From NCBI GenBank assembly GCA_964618625.1, contig CAZUBI010000001.1:396901-460900 (forward strand): 64,000 bases of DNA, in the 5' to 3' direction. The DNA is from an uncultured Candidatus Saccharibacteria bacterium. Lineage in GTDB: Bacteria; Patescibacteriota; Minisyncoccia; UBA6257. Made by a program: the position numbers and the translations under genes. Within the stretch, counting starts at the first letter, position 1. Each line of letters starts with the position of its first letter. Of the stretch, positions 36,865 to 46,033 are shown one piece after another. A model generated the notes under the pieces. It had not been told where the DNA came from and ran no database searches. It saw nothing but the letters and a program-made list of their open reading frames with translations.

Positions 36865-38128
36865 ATTCAAGCTGACAAAATTAAGTAATGGATTGAGAGT
36901 TCTTATGGTTCCTTCAAAAGAATCACTTTCAACTAGAATAATGGTCTTAGTTAATACAGGCGCTGATTTTGAAACAAAAGAAAATAACGGGATCTCTCAT
37001 TTTTTGGAGCATATGTGTTTTAAGGGGACAAAAAAGCGTCCTTCTAGTCTTGCAATTAGTCAAGAATTAGATGCTGTTGGCGGTTCCTTTAATGCTTTTA
37101 CCGGCGCAGAACATACAGGTTATTATGCAAAAGTAGCTCATCAGAACAAAGAATTGGCTTTGGATATTGTTTCTGATATTTACTTAAATTCACAATTTCC
37201 TGAAAAAGAAATGAAAAAAGAGAAAGGAGTAATAATTGAAGAAATCAATATGTACAAAGATAATCTCCAGGCTTATATTTGGGATCTTTGGGAAAAATTA
37301 TTGTATGGTGATCAAGCGGTTGGGCGTTCTATTTTAGGGACAAAAACAAATATTAAAAATTTTAAAAGAGAAGATTTTCTAGAATATTATAAGTCCCAGT
37401 ATAAAGTTAGGTCTACTTTAGTAGTAGTGAGTGGGAATTTTAATGAGAGGGAGATTATTAGTAAGGTAAAAGATCGTTTTTGCGATATTAAATTAGGCAA
37501 AGGAAAGGCCAAGGAATTAGTAAAAGAAAAGCAAAATAAACCGCAAGTGTTTATAAAAAACAAAAAAACAGATCAAACTCATTTAATTTTAGGATTTAGG
37601 GGTATAAGTTTATTTGATAAAAGACTTTATGCCTTAAAAGTGCTTGATGTTATTTTTGATGGTGGTATGTCTGGTATTCTTTTTCAGACAATTCGAGAAA
37701 AATTAGGCGTAGCTTATTATATATACAGTACTATTTCTTGTTCTACTGATTATGGCTTTTGGGCAGTGGCAGCAGGAATAGATAATAATCGTTTAGAAGA
37801 AGTGATTAGCTCAGTTTTAGAAGAATGGAAAAAGTTTAAAACAAAACCGGTTGATATTAAAGATATTAAAAAAGCTAAAAGTTTTATTACTGGTAAACTT
37901 GCTTTAAGATTGGAAAATGTTCATAATGTAGCCAGAAGCTTTGCTTTTCAAGAATTATTAAAGAGAAAAATAGAAACCCCAGGTCAATATTTAAAAAAGA
38001 TTAAACAAGTTACTGCACGCGATATCCAAAAAGTGGCAGAAGACTTATTAAAACCTCAGTCTCTGAATTTAGCTTTGATAGGTCCTTATAAAAATAAACA
38101 AAAATTACAAAAGTTACTTTATGTTTAA
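36857..38128 (+). CDS. M16-family (insulinase-like) zinc peptidase
   Basis: HFLEHMCFKGT inverted zinc motif (HxxEH); 423 aa. Confidence 0.8.
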   Translation: MYKFKLTKLSNGLRVLMVPSKESLSTRIMVLVNTGADFETKENNGISHFLEHMCFKGTKKRPSSLAISQELDAVGGSFNAFTGAEHTGYYAKVAHQNKELALDIVSDIYLNSQFPEKEMKKEKGVIIEEINMYKDNLQAYIWDLWEKLLYGDQAVGRSILGTKTNIKNFKREDFLEYYKSQYKVRSTLVVVSGNFNEREIISKVKDRFCDIKLGKGKAKELVKEKQNKPQVFIKNKKTDQTHLILGFRGISLFDKRLYALKVLDVIFDGGMSGILFQTIREKLGVAYYIYSTISCSTDYGFWAVAAGIDNNRLEEVISSVLEEWKKFKTKPVDIKDIKKAKSFITGKLALRLENVHNVARSFAFQELLKRKIETPGQYLKKIKQVTARDIQKVAEDLLKPQSLNLALIGPYKNKQKLQKLLYV

Positions 38129-39173
38129 AACAACCCAAAATATAGATATTTCCTGGCAAAGCATTCTACGGCTCTATATCATTTTATTGGCTTTTATCGC
38201 AGCTTGGTATTTTCGGCAGGTTATTTTTATTATTTTACTTGGTTTTATTGTAGCTTCGCTTCTGGATAGGCCAATAGATTATTTTGAAGAAAAATGGAAA
38301 AGTCGCTGGTTAGCAACTTTTATCATTTATTTTATCTTTTTAAGTGTTTTAGGGTTGATTGCTTATTTATTTATCCCAGTTTTTAATAATTATATAGTTG
38401 GGTTTTTAGATTTTTTTCCGTCATGGATGAATAAAGGAGCTTTTCTTCAATTATGGCAAGGATGGCAATCTGTAGAATTTCCAATGCAAAATTGGCTAAG
38501 TTTGTTAGGTATTTCCCAAGGCCAATTGTCAGAATTTTTGCTTCAGTCTGGTAATTTACTTACTAAAATTTTAGGAGGAGCTTTTTCCGCTTTTTTTGTT
38601 CTTCTTTTATCCTTCTTTATTAATACAGAAAAAAAGGGAATTGAAAAAGCAATTCGTTTGATTTTTCCAAGCGCTTATGAAGATTATGCGGTTCATCTTT
38701 GGGAAAAAACACGTCGTAAAGTTGGAACTTGGTTTTTTAGCCAGTTAATTCTTAGTTGTATAGTTGGAGGATTGGTTTTTATTAGCTTAAAGATTTTAGG
38801 AATTCCTCAGGCTGAATTTTTAGCGATATTGGCGGCTTTATTTGATTTTATTCCTTATATCGGTCCTTTAATTATTGGTTTTATAGTATTCTTAGTTGGA
38901 ATAAGCCAAAGTTTATTCCTTGGAACTTCAATAGTAATTGTTTTTATTATTATTCAGGCCATTGAAGGCTTTATTGGCCCTCTATTGCGGGCTAAAACAA
39001 TGAAATTAAATCCTTTAGTAATTATTCTGGCTGTTTTAATAGGAGGAAAATTAGCTGGAGTTGCTGGAATTATTATTGCTTTGCCATTAGCAGCAGCCGC
39101 AATTGGATTGATTAGGGATATTCAGACAGGCCGTATTGCCGCTTATTTGCCGCAGAAAAAACTTTTGCAATGA
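38121..39173 (+). CDS. AI-2E family transporter (PerM/UPF0118-like)
   Basis: 350 aa; about eight TM segments; typical AI-2E topology and glycine-rich C-terminal helices. Confidence 0.7.
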   Translation: MFKTTQNIDISWQSILRLYIILLAFIAAWYFRQVIFIILLGFIVASLLDRPIDYFEEKWKSRWLATFIIYFIFLSVLGLIAYLFIPVFNNYIVGFLDFFPSWMNKGAFLQLWQGWQSVEFPMQNWLSLLGISQGQLSEFLLQSGNLLTKILGGAFSAFFVLLLSFFINTEKKGIEKAIRLIFPSAYEDYAVHLWEKTRRKVGTWFFSQLILSCIVGGLVFISLKILGIPQAEFLAILAALFDFIPYIGPLIIGFIVFLVGISQSLFLGTSIVIVFIIIQAIEGFIGPLLRAKTMKLNPLVIILAVLIGGKLAGVAGIIIALPLAAAAIGLIRDIQTGRIAAYLPQKKLLQ

Positions 39174-39220
39174 TTTATTAAGTTTCGTTAAGATTTTTAT
39201 TAGACAAATTATAAAGAATT

Positions 39221-40696
39221 ATGAGGAGAATATTAATTACAACTCCGATTTATTATGTTAATGATAAACCGCACATAGGTCATGCTTATACTACTTTAGT
39301 TGCAGATGTTTTGACGCGGTTTTTTAGAATGCAGGGAAAAGAAGTTTTTTTCTTGACTGGGACAGATGAACACGGAGCGAAAATTACTGAAGTAGCAGAA
39401 AAAGCGGGGAAAACACCAAAAGAAATTTGTGATGAAAATAGCGAGGATTTTAAAAAGGCATGGCAGAATTTAGAGATAAAATACGATTACTTTATAAGAA
39501 CAACTGATAAACGACACGAAGAGGCAGTCAAGAAATTTCTTGAAAAACTAAAAGAAAAAAACGCTATTTACGAAAAAGAGTACGTGGGTTTGTATTGTGT
39601 TGGCTGTGAGAAATTTTTAACTGAAAAAGATTTGGTTGATGGTTTATGCCCTGATCATAAAAGAAAGCCGGAAACAATTTCAGAGAAAAATTATTTTTTT
39701 AAGTTAAACTTAAAAGCAGTAGGAGAATTAATTAAAACAAAAAAATTAAAAATTTTGCCTTGTAGAGCAGAAAGTGAGGTTTTGGGATTATTAAATCAGA
39801 AGCTAGACGATTTTTCTATTTCTCGGCAAAAAGAAAGGGTAAAATGGGGGATTGATCTGCCATTTGATAAAAATCAAACTACTTACGTATGGGTGGACGC
39901 ATTGCTGAATTATATTTCAGCAGTTGGTTATAATGATAATGAAGAAGAGTTTAAAAAATGGTGGGTGGACGCCAGAGTCATTCATTTACTAGCTAAGGAT
40001 ATTTTGAAATTTCATGCAGTTTATTGGCCGGCAATGTTATTGTCAGTTGAAATTAAAACTCCAGACGAGGAATTTGTTCACGGATTTTTTACAATTAATG
40101 GGCAGAAAATGAGCAAAACATTAGGCAATTTTATCGACCCGAATGATTTGGTTAAAAAATTTGGTGCTGAAGTTACACGCTATCTTTTACTCTCGCAATT
40201 TCCTCTTAGTCAAGATGGTGATGTTAAAGAAGAAAAATTTGCTGAAAAATATAATTCTGATTTAGCACAAGGAATAGGAAATTTAGTTTCACGGGTTTTG
40301 GCTTTAGGAGAACAGTATGGTAAGCAGATAATGGTTCAATGTCCAGATCCTGATCTGACTATTAAATACTTCAATGATTATAAAAAACAAATGGAAGAAT
40401 TTCGTTTTAATGATGCTTTAGCAACTACTTGGAATTTAATTTCTTATTGCGATAAATATATAAGCGACACGAAACCGTGGGAAAAAATAAGTGATGAAAA
40501 AGAATTCCAGAAGATTTTAGGCGAATTAATATATATGCTAGGCAATATTTCTTTAATGCTTTCTCCTGTAATGCCTAAGACATCTCAAAAAATACTTGGA
40601 TTTCTTAAATTGCAAGGTATATCAAAACAAGATTGGTTATTACAAAAAGTTTCCTTAGAAAAACAACCAGCTTTGTTCCCGAAGAATGAATTATAA
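39221..40696 (+). CDS. metG: Methionyl-tRNA synthetase
   Basis: HIGH motif PHIGHAYTTL, KMSKS motif KMSKT, zinc knuckle CVGCEKF...CPDH. Confidence 0.9.
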   Translation: MRRILITTPIYYVNDKPHIGHAYTTLVADVLTRFFRMQGKEVFFLTGTDEHGAKITEVAEKAGKTPKEICDENSEDFKKAWQNLEIKYDYFIRTTDKRHEEAVKKFLEKLKEKNAIYEKEYVGLYCVGCEKFLTEKDLVDGLCPDHKRKPETISEKNYFFKLNLKAVGELIKTKKLKILPCRAESEVLGLLNQKLDDFSISRQKERVKWGIDLPFDKNQTTYVWVDALLNYISAVGYNDNEEEFKKWWVDARVIHLLAKDILKFHAVYWPAMLLSVEIKTPDEEFVHGFFTINGQKMSKTLGNFIDPNDLVKKFGAEVTRYLLLSQFPLSQDGDVKEEKFAEKYNSDLAQGIGNLVSRVLALGEQYGKQIMVQCPDPDLTIKYFNDYKKQMEEFRFNDALATTWNLISYCDKYISDTKPWEKISDEKEFQKILGELIYMLGNISLMLSPVMPKTSQKILGFLKLQGISKQDWLLQKVSLEKQPALFPKNEL

Positions 40697-40720
40697 GAGT
40701 TAATAAAAAAGCGAAAGTAG

Positions 40721-40765
40721 ATTGTTGAAAAAACCATAGCGATTAGCGTGTTTTTGAGACAATCC
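40721..40765. repeat. Dyad-symmetric intergenic element, family 2, copy 2 of 3
   Basis: ATTGTTGAAAAAACCATAGCGATTAGCGTGTTTTTGAGACAATCC, between metG and tatD. Confidence 0.6.
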
Positions 40766-40784
40766 TACTAAGTTTTAATTAATT

Positions 40785-41636
40785 ATGTTTTTTGACTCTC
40801 ATACGCATTTAAATTTAGCTGCTTTTGACAAAGATAGAGAAGAAATAATAAAAAAAACCCTGGATCAGGGTGTTTTTGTAATTAATATAGGAACTTGCTA
40901 TGAAACTTCTAAAAAAGCAATAGAAATTGCTCAACAATATGAAAATTGCTGGGCCACAGTAGGGTTACATCCTAGCCATACAATACCAATGAAAATTGAT
41001 AAAAGTGAATTAGTAATAAATACCAAGGAAGATATATCTGAAGCAGAAGTTTTTAATGAAAAATTTGAATCATTTTTAAAAGAACCATTCGACTTTGCTC
41101 AGGGCAGGTCCAAGGTAGTAGCAATAGGAGAGTGCGGGCTGGATTATAGCTATCTGAAAGATTTTTCTAAAAAGGATAAAGCAAAGTATGAAAAAATGGA
41201 AGAGGAAGGGTTTAGAAAACAAATTCAGGCTGCCAAAAAATATAATTTACCTTTGTCTCTTCATGTACGTGATTTATATGCAAAAGCTCTAATTATTTTG
41301 GAAGAAGAAAAATATAAAGGAGGGGCAGTATTCCATTTTTTCACTGGTAACGTAAATCAGGCGCAGAAGATTTTAGAAAGAGGGTTTTATTTAGGTTTTT
41401 CAGGCATCATTACATATTCAGAAATAATGAAAGATGTGATTAAAAGCGCGCCGCTTGAGAAAATATTAATTGAAACAGACGCTCCCTATGTAGCGCCAAT
41501 TTCTTATAGGGGCAATAGGAATGAGCCAATCTATGTAAGAGAAGTGGCTAAAAAAATTGCCCAGATAAAAAAACTTCCTCTAAAAAAAATAGAGGAAGCT
41601 ACATTCAAAAATACCCTTCGATTATTCGGAATATAA
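40785..41636 (+). CDS. tatD: TatD-family metal-dependent hydrolase/DNase
   Basis: MFFDSHTHLN...; conserved His/Glu/Asp TIM-barrel residues (IGECGLDY, FHFFTG, ETDAPY). Confidence 0.85.
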   Translation: MFFDSHTHLNLAAFDKDREEIIKKTLDQGVFVINIGTCYETSKKAIEIAQQYENCWATVGLHPSHTIPMKIDKSELVINTKEDISEAEVFNEKFESFLKEPFDFAQGRSKVVAIGECGLDYSYLKDFSKKDKAKYEKMEEEGFRKQIQAAKKYNLPLSLHVRDLYAKALIILEEEKYKGGAVFHFFTGNVNQAQKILERGFYLGFSGIITYSEIMKDVIKSAPLEKILIETDAPYVAPISYRGNRNEPIYVREVAKKIAQIKKLPLKKIEEATFKNTLRLFGI

Positions 41637-41671
41637 TTTTTAAAGGTTCGGAATATTCAGTTTATTATCAT

Positions 41672-43375
41672 TTATATTTCAATAACAACTGGTAATACCA
41701 TTGGGCGACGTTGTGTTTTTTTAAATAGGAATAGACCTATTTCATTTCTTAAATTGTTACGGATATAACCTTCATTAAATGTGTTTCCGCTAGTAGAGCG
41801 GCTAACAATTTCTCTGACTAGTTTTTTTGTTTGATTTATTAGTTCTTTTGATTCTTTCATATAAACAAATCCTTGTGAAATAATTTCAGGATTATTATGA
41901 AGTAATCCTGTTTTTCTATCCACCAAAGCAATAACGATAAAAATTCCATCCTTGGAAAGGGTTTGCCTTGCCCGAAGTACTACTTCTTTAACATCTCCTA
42001 CTCCTAATCCGTCAACCATTATGTAGTTTGTCGGAACAAATTTTTCTGTAGCCATAATTTTATTGCTGGTTAATTCAACTATTTGACCATTAGCAGTTAC
42101 CATTATATTTTTTTTAGGAATTTCTAAAGATTCTGCTAATTCTGCATGGAGTTTTAACATAGAAAAGTGGCCAAGAATGGGCATAAAGAATTGCGGCTTA
42201 GTAAGGTTAATCATCATTTTTAAGTCTTCCTGATAGCCATGACCAGAGGCATGAATATCAAGCATTTTATAGTGATAAACTTTAGCTCCTTGTTTTGCTA
42301 AATTATCTTTTAAATTTTGGACAGCTAATTCATTTCCCGGGACAACAGAAGAAGAGAAAATTACGGTATCTCCTTTCTGTATTTTTAAATGCTTATGTTC
42401 TCTATTTACTATTCTCATTAAAGTTGCTTCACTTTCGCCCTGTGCGCCAGTACATAGTATTGTTAATTTTTGTGGATCTAGACGGTTGGCTTCTTTCCAA
42501 TTAATTAAAGTTCCTTTTTTTATGTTTACATATTTTAGTTTTTCTGCAATGGCTAAATTGGTTCTCATTGCATACCCTTGTATAATAACTTTCCTGTCAT
42601 ATTTTTCTGATAACCAGATAGCTTGCTGGAGGCGGTTAATTAATGAAGCAAAGGCGGCTAAAATAATTCTTCCTTTACATTGCCCAAAAATAGAATCTAA
42701 ATTATCCATTATTGTTTTTTCTGAAATTGAGTGCCCAGTATTTTCTACGCCAGTTGAATCAGACATTAAAAGCTGAACTCCTTGGGAAGCAAGTGTAGTA
42801 ATACGTGATAAATCAGCTGGTTTATCACCCACTGGATGAAAATCAAATTTAAAATCAGTCGCATACATAATTAATCCATATGGTGTATCAATAGCCAGCC
42901 CTAAAGTATCAGGTATATTATGGTTTAAATGAAATGGAGAAATTTTAAAAGGGCCTAAGGTTATAGATTTATTTGGATTTATTTCTTCAATATTTAATTT
43001 TTTCAAATGAGGGAAATCCTCCTGCCTTTTTAAAATTATTCCCCGACTAAGAGGAGCAGTATAAATAGTAGGATAATTTAATTTATCAATTAAGTAAGGT
43101 ATGGCTCCTATGTGGTCATAATGAGCATGAGTAATCAAAATCCCCAATATTTTTTTCTCTGGATGGTTAATTAAATATTCTATATTAGGAATAATAAAAT
43201 CAATACCTGGCATATTTTCGTCAGGAAACTGTAGCCCCATATCAACAATTAGGATCTGATTCTCGTATTCAAAAAGAGTCATATTGCGGCCAACTTCTTC
43301 CAATCCTCCTAATGGAATAATTTTTAATGGGTTAGAAGATATTTTTGTTTTTTTACGAAATTTTTTACGTTCCAT
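41672..43375 (-). CDS. rnj: Ribonuclease J (start reassigned to Met35 at 43375)
   Basis: MBL motif ILITHAHYDHIGAIPYL, beta-CASP and a C-terminal domain. The 34-codon ORF-track N-terminal extension (MPRWRNWQTRTVQNRVPKFWDVGSNP...) is a translated tRNA-Leu. Confidence 0.9.
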   Translation of the reverse strand: MERKKFRKKTKISSNPLKIIPLGGLEEVGRNMTLFEYENQILIVDMGLQFPDENMPGIDFIIPNIEYLINHPEKKILGILITHAHYDHIGAIPYLIDKLNYPTIYTAPLSRGIILKRQEDFPHLKKLNIEEINPNKSITLGPFKISPFHLNHNIPDTLGLAIDTPYGLIMYATDFKFDFHPVGDKPADLSRITTLASQGVQLLMSDSTGVENTGHSISEKTIMDNLDSIFGQCKGRIILAAFASLINRLQQAIWLSEKYDRKVIIQGYAMRTNLAIAEKLKYVNIKKGTLINWKEANRLDPQKLTILCTGAQGESEATLMRIVNREHKHLKIQKGDTVIFSSSVVPGNELAVQNLKDNLAKQGAKVYHYKMLDIHASGHGYQEDLKMMINLTKPQFFMPILGHFSMLKLHAELAESLEIPKKNIMVTANGQIVELTSNKIMATEKFVPTNYIMVDGLGVGDVKEVVLRARQTLSKDGIFIVIALVDRKTGLLHNNPEIISQGFVYMKESKELINQTKKLVREIVSRSTSGNTFNEGYIRNNLRNEIGLFLFKKTQRRPMVLPVVIEI

Positions 43376-43389
43376 ATTTTTTATTTTAG

Positions 43390-43475
43390 TGCCGCGGGTG
43401 GGATTTGAACCCACATCCCAAAATTTTGGGACACGGTTCTGAACCGTGCGCGTCTGCCAATTCCGCCACCGCGGC
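43390..43475 (-). tRNA. tRNA-Leu(CAG), long variable arm
   Basis: Reverse complement GCCGCGGTGGCGGAATTGGCAGACGCGCACGGTTCAGAACCGTGTCCCAAAATTTTGGGATGTGGGTTCAAATCCCACCCGCGGCA. Anticodon loop TTCAGAA. Confidence 0.8.
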
Positions 43476-43487
43476 AAATTTATTTAT

Positions 43488-45170
43488 TTACTTATTTATT
43501 ATTGTACGTTTTGTATATATATACCAATTCTCAATGTCAGCGAATTTTTCTGATGGCAGATTGGCATATTGAATATTATAACCTTTTATTTTTTGCGGAA
43601 GGATATAGAGATAAAAGGGATTATAAAGAAAAAGGGCAGGTTTGTCTTCGAAAAGTATGCTTTGAATTGTTTTTAGGTCATTTGTTCGTTGTTCTTCATC
43701 AAAGGTTTGTCTCGTTTTTTCTAAAAGTTCGTCTAAATCTTTGTTTTGATAGGCAGAAAGATTAAGGCCCGGATCAGTTATTTGTGAAGAGTGCCAAAAA
43801 GAAAATAAATCAGGGTCTTGTCCTATAATTTCTCCGAAAAGCAATGCGTCGTAAGATCTAGTTTGAATAATTTCTTTTTCCAAAGTAGCTAATGGAAGAA
43901 TTTGTAATTCCACAGAAATTCCTATTTTTTCCCAGCAAGTTGCTAAATAATTAGCCACTCTGATTAATTCTAAGTTATCAGGAAGTGAAAGGATAAAAGT
44001 TCTTTGGTCTGGTTCTAATTGTTCAATGATTTCTTTTGCCTCTTGTAGCGAATATTCTGGCAAGAGATTAAATTCTTTTTCTAAGAATCCGGGAGTAAAA
44101 GGGCCTCCCAAAGGGAAAGCTTGTTCTTTTAATATTTCTGTCATTAATTCTTGCCGTGGTATTGCTAAATCTAATGCCTGTCGAATTTCTTTTTGATCAA
44201 ATAAAGAGTTTTTTAGATTCAAAAACACTGCATAATAGCGGGGAAGATACAAAGAAGCTATTTGGATGTTCTTTTTGCTTGCAAAAAAATCTACATCTTC
44301 GATTAAAACAGGAGAGAATCCGTCGATTTCTTTTTTTAATAATCCGCTTTTAGCTAAATCATAATTATCGTAAGAACGGAAGATTAATTTGGAAATATAA
44401 GGTTCTTTTTTAAAATAATTTTCATTAGCTACCAGAGAATAACTAATAATCTTTCCAGGTTTGTTTTTTTCCAAACTGTCAAAAAGATATGGTCCTGTTC
44501 CAATTGGTTTAAGATTATAATCCGCTGATAAAAAATTTCTTGATTCAATATTTTCCCAGATATGTTTTGGAATTATTTTTAAAGTAAGGTTTTGTAAGAA
44601 TGGCTTATAAGGGTTTTTAAGATTAAAACGTATAACATGTGTCCCTAATTTTTCTACAATAACTCCTCCCCAATTTAACCTCAATGGGCTTCTTATACTT
44701 GGATTTTGGATTGTCTCAATTGTAAAAATTACATCATCTGCCGTGAAAGTCACTCCATCATGCCAAAAAACATTGTCCTTAAGAAATATGATATAGGTCT
44801 TGCCATCTTTACTAACTTCTGTTTTTTCTGCTAAATTAGTGATTAATTTTCCTTGTCCATCAATAGAATATAAACCGTCATAAATTAATTCTATCAAATC
44901 CTTATCATAGTCGTTGGATTGAGCTAAAACAGGGTTAATATAAGATGGGCGGCCAATGATGCCTAAATGTAAGACTCCTCCTTTTTCTGGTTCAAGTGTT
45001 GTAAATTTGCAAATAAAATTAAAAATTAGAAGAAAAATGCCGGCAAGCAGAAAGCATAAAAATAGAAAACCGAGAGCTTTCTTTTTTGATGGCAATTTTA
45101 ACCACTTTCTAAATAAGGAGTACCTTGTTTCTCCCTTCGCTCGAAATAAAGAACTAAAAATGGTTTTCAT
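43488..45170 (-). CDS. ABC transporter substrate-binding protein, family 5 (oligopeptide/dipeptide type), N-terminally membrane-anchored
   Basis: 560 aa; N-terminal TM LGFLFLCFLLAGIFLLIF; SBP_bac_5-like architecture. Confidence 0.7.
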   Translation of the reverse strand: MKTIFSSLFRAKGETRYSLFRKWLKLPSKKKALGFLFLCFLLAGIFLLIFNFICKFTTLEPEKGGVLHLGIIGRPSYINPVLAQSNDYDKDLIELIYDGLYSIDGQGKLITNLAEKTEVSKDGKTYIIFLKDNVFWHDGVTFTADDVIFTIETIQNPSIRSPLRLNWGGVIVEKLGTHVIRFNLKNPYKPFLQNLTLKIIPKHIWENIESRNFLSADYNLKPIGTGPYLFDSLEKNKPGKIISYSLVANENYFKKEPYISKLIFRSYDNYDLAKSGLLKKEIDGFSPVLIEDVDFFASKKNIQIASLYLPRYYAVFLNLKNSLFDQKEIRQALDLAIPRQELMTEILKEQAFPLGGPFTPGFLEKEFNLLPEYSLQEAKEIIEQLEPDQRTFILSLPDNLELIRVANYLATCWEKIGISVELQILPLATLEKEIIQTRSYDALLFGEIIGQDPDLFSFWHSSQITDPGLNLSAYQNKDLDELLEKTRQTFDEEQRTNDLKTIQSILFEDKPALFLYNPFYLYILPQKIKGYNIQYANLPSEKFADIENWYIYTKRTIINK

Positions 45171-45191
45171 TAGGATAAATAAGCAAAAAGA

Positions 45192-45410
45192 TTAAATCAG
45201 GAAGCAAATAATTGATAGAGCGATAAATAACCCGCCTAATATAATAGTGAATACAAAAATTGTTTTTTCCAAGCCCCTTCTCGTACCATAGAATTGAGAA
45301 GATATTCCTCCTAATACTCCCATTCCCCCTCCTCGCTGTTGCAAAAGAACAAGAATTATAAGAAGGATACCGATAACGATTTGAGCAATAGCTAAATCAA
45401 GTTGATTCAT
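45192..45410 (-). CDS. secG: Preprotein translocase subunit SecG
   Basis: 72 aa; two TM helices flanking a Gly-rich loop QQRGGGMGVLGGISSQ. Confidence 0.7.
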   Translation of the reverse strand: MNQLDLAIAQIVIGILLIILVLLQQRGGGMGVLGGISSQFYGTRRGLEKTIFVFTIILGGLFIALSIICFLI

Positions 45411-45422
45411 AATTAAAATATA

Positions 45423-45481
45423 TTTATTTCGAACAAAGCGAGAAACAAGGTTCTCTTGAGCGAAGCGAAAGAGGTCCTTAT
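45423..45481 (+). repeat. Dispersed intergenic repeat family 1, copy B
   Basis: TTTATTTCGAACAAAGCGAGAAACAAGGTTCTCTTGAGCGAAGCGAAAGAGGTCCTTAT, followed by further GCGAAG(C/A) short repeats to ~45540. Confidence 0.65.
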
Positions 45482-45564
45482 TTTAATTTCAACATCCTTA
45501 AGCGAAGACACGTTAAACGTGGCGAAGCGAAAGGTTGTTATAATTGTTTAATTTTTAATCATCA

Positions 45565-45927
45565 CTACTTAATCCGATGTAAAAAAGAATTAAAAATGCT
45601 AATAATAATGGATGCAGCTAACCAAGTTATAGGATACTGAATTACTAACACGGGCATGAAAATAGTCGCAACTTTTAGCAGGATGATATTGATAATAAAG
45701 ATAAAAATACCAAGAGTTACCCAAATGAGCGGGAGAAAAAGAATTCGTAAGATTGGTTTTATTAGTAAATTAAGGAGCGAAAGAATCAAAGCGAGAAGAA
45801 TAAGTTGTTCTAATGTGCCTTGAAAATAAAAATCATTAAATAAATAATTTAATAATCTCTGGCAGAGCAAAATCGCCGCAATATTGAGAATAACACCAAA
45901 AAGAAGCCTCTTTAAAAAACGCATCAT
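45565..45927 (-). CDS. Small 4-TM membrane protein (YvlD/DUF360-like)
   Basis: 120 aa; four hydrophobic helices. Bracketed by family-1 repeat copies on both sides. Confidence 0.35.
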   Translation of the reverse strand: MMRFLKRLLFGVILNIAAILLCQRLLNYLFNDFYFQGTLEQLILLALILSLLNLLIKPILRILFLPLIWVTLGIFIFIINIILLKVATIFMPVLVIQYPITWLAASIIISIFNSFLHRIK

Positions 45928-45977
45928 TTAATAGATGTATTATACGTTAATAAGAATAAAAAGTCAAAAGCAAGAGA

Positions 45978-46033
45978 TTATTTTGAGCAAAGCGAGAAAC
46001 AAGGTTCTACGAGCAAAGTGAGCAGGTTCTTAC
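45978..46033 (+). repeat. Dispersed intergenic repeat family 1, copy C
   Basis: TTATTTTGAGCAAAGCGAGAAACAAGGTTCTACGAGCAAAGTGAGCAGGTTCTTAC. Its terminal GTAAGAAC supplies the gpmI stop codon (TAA on the minus strand). Confidence 0.65.
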
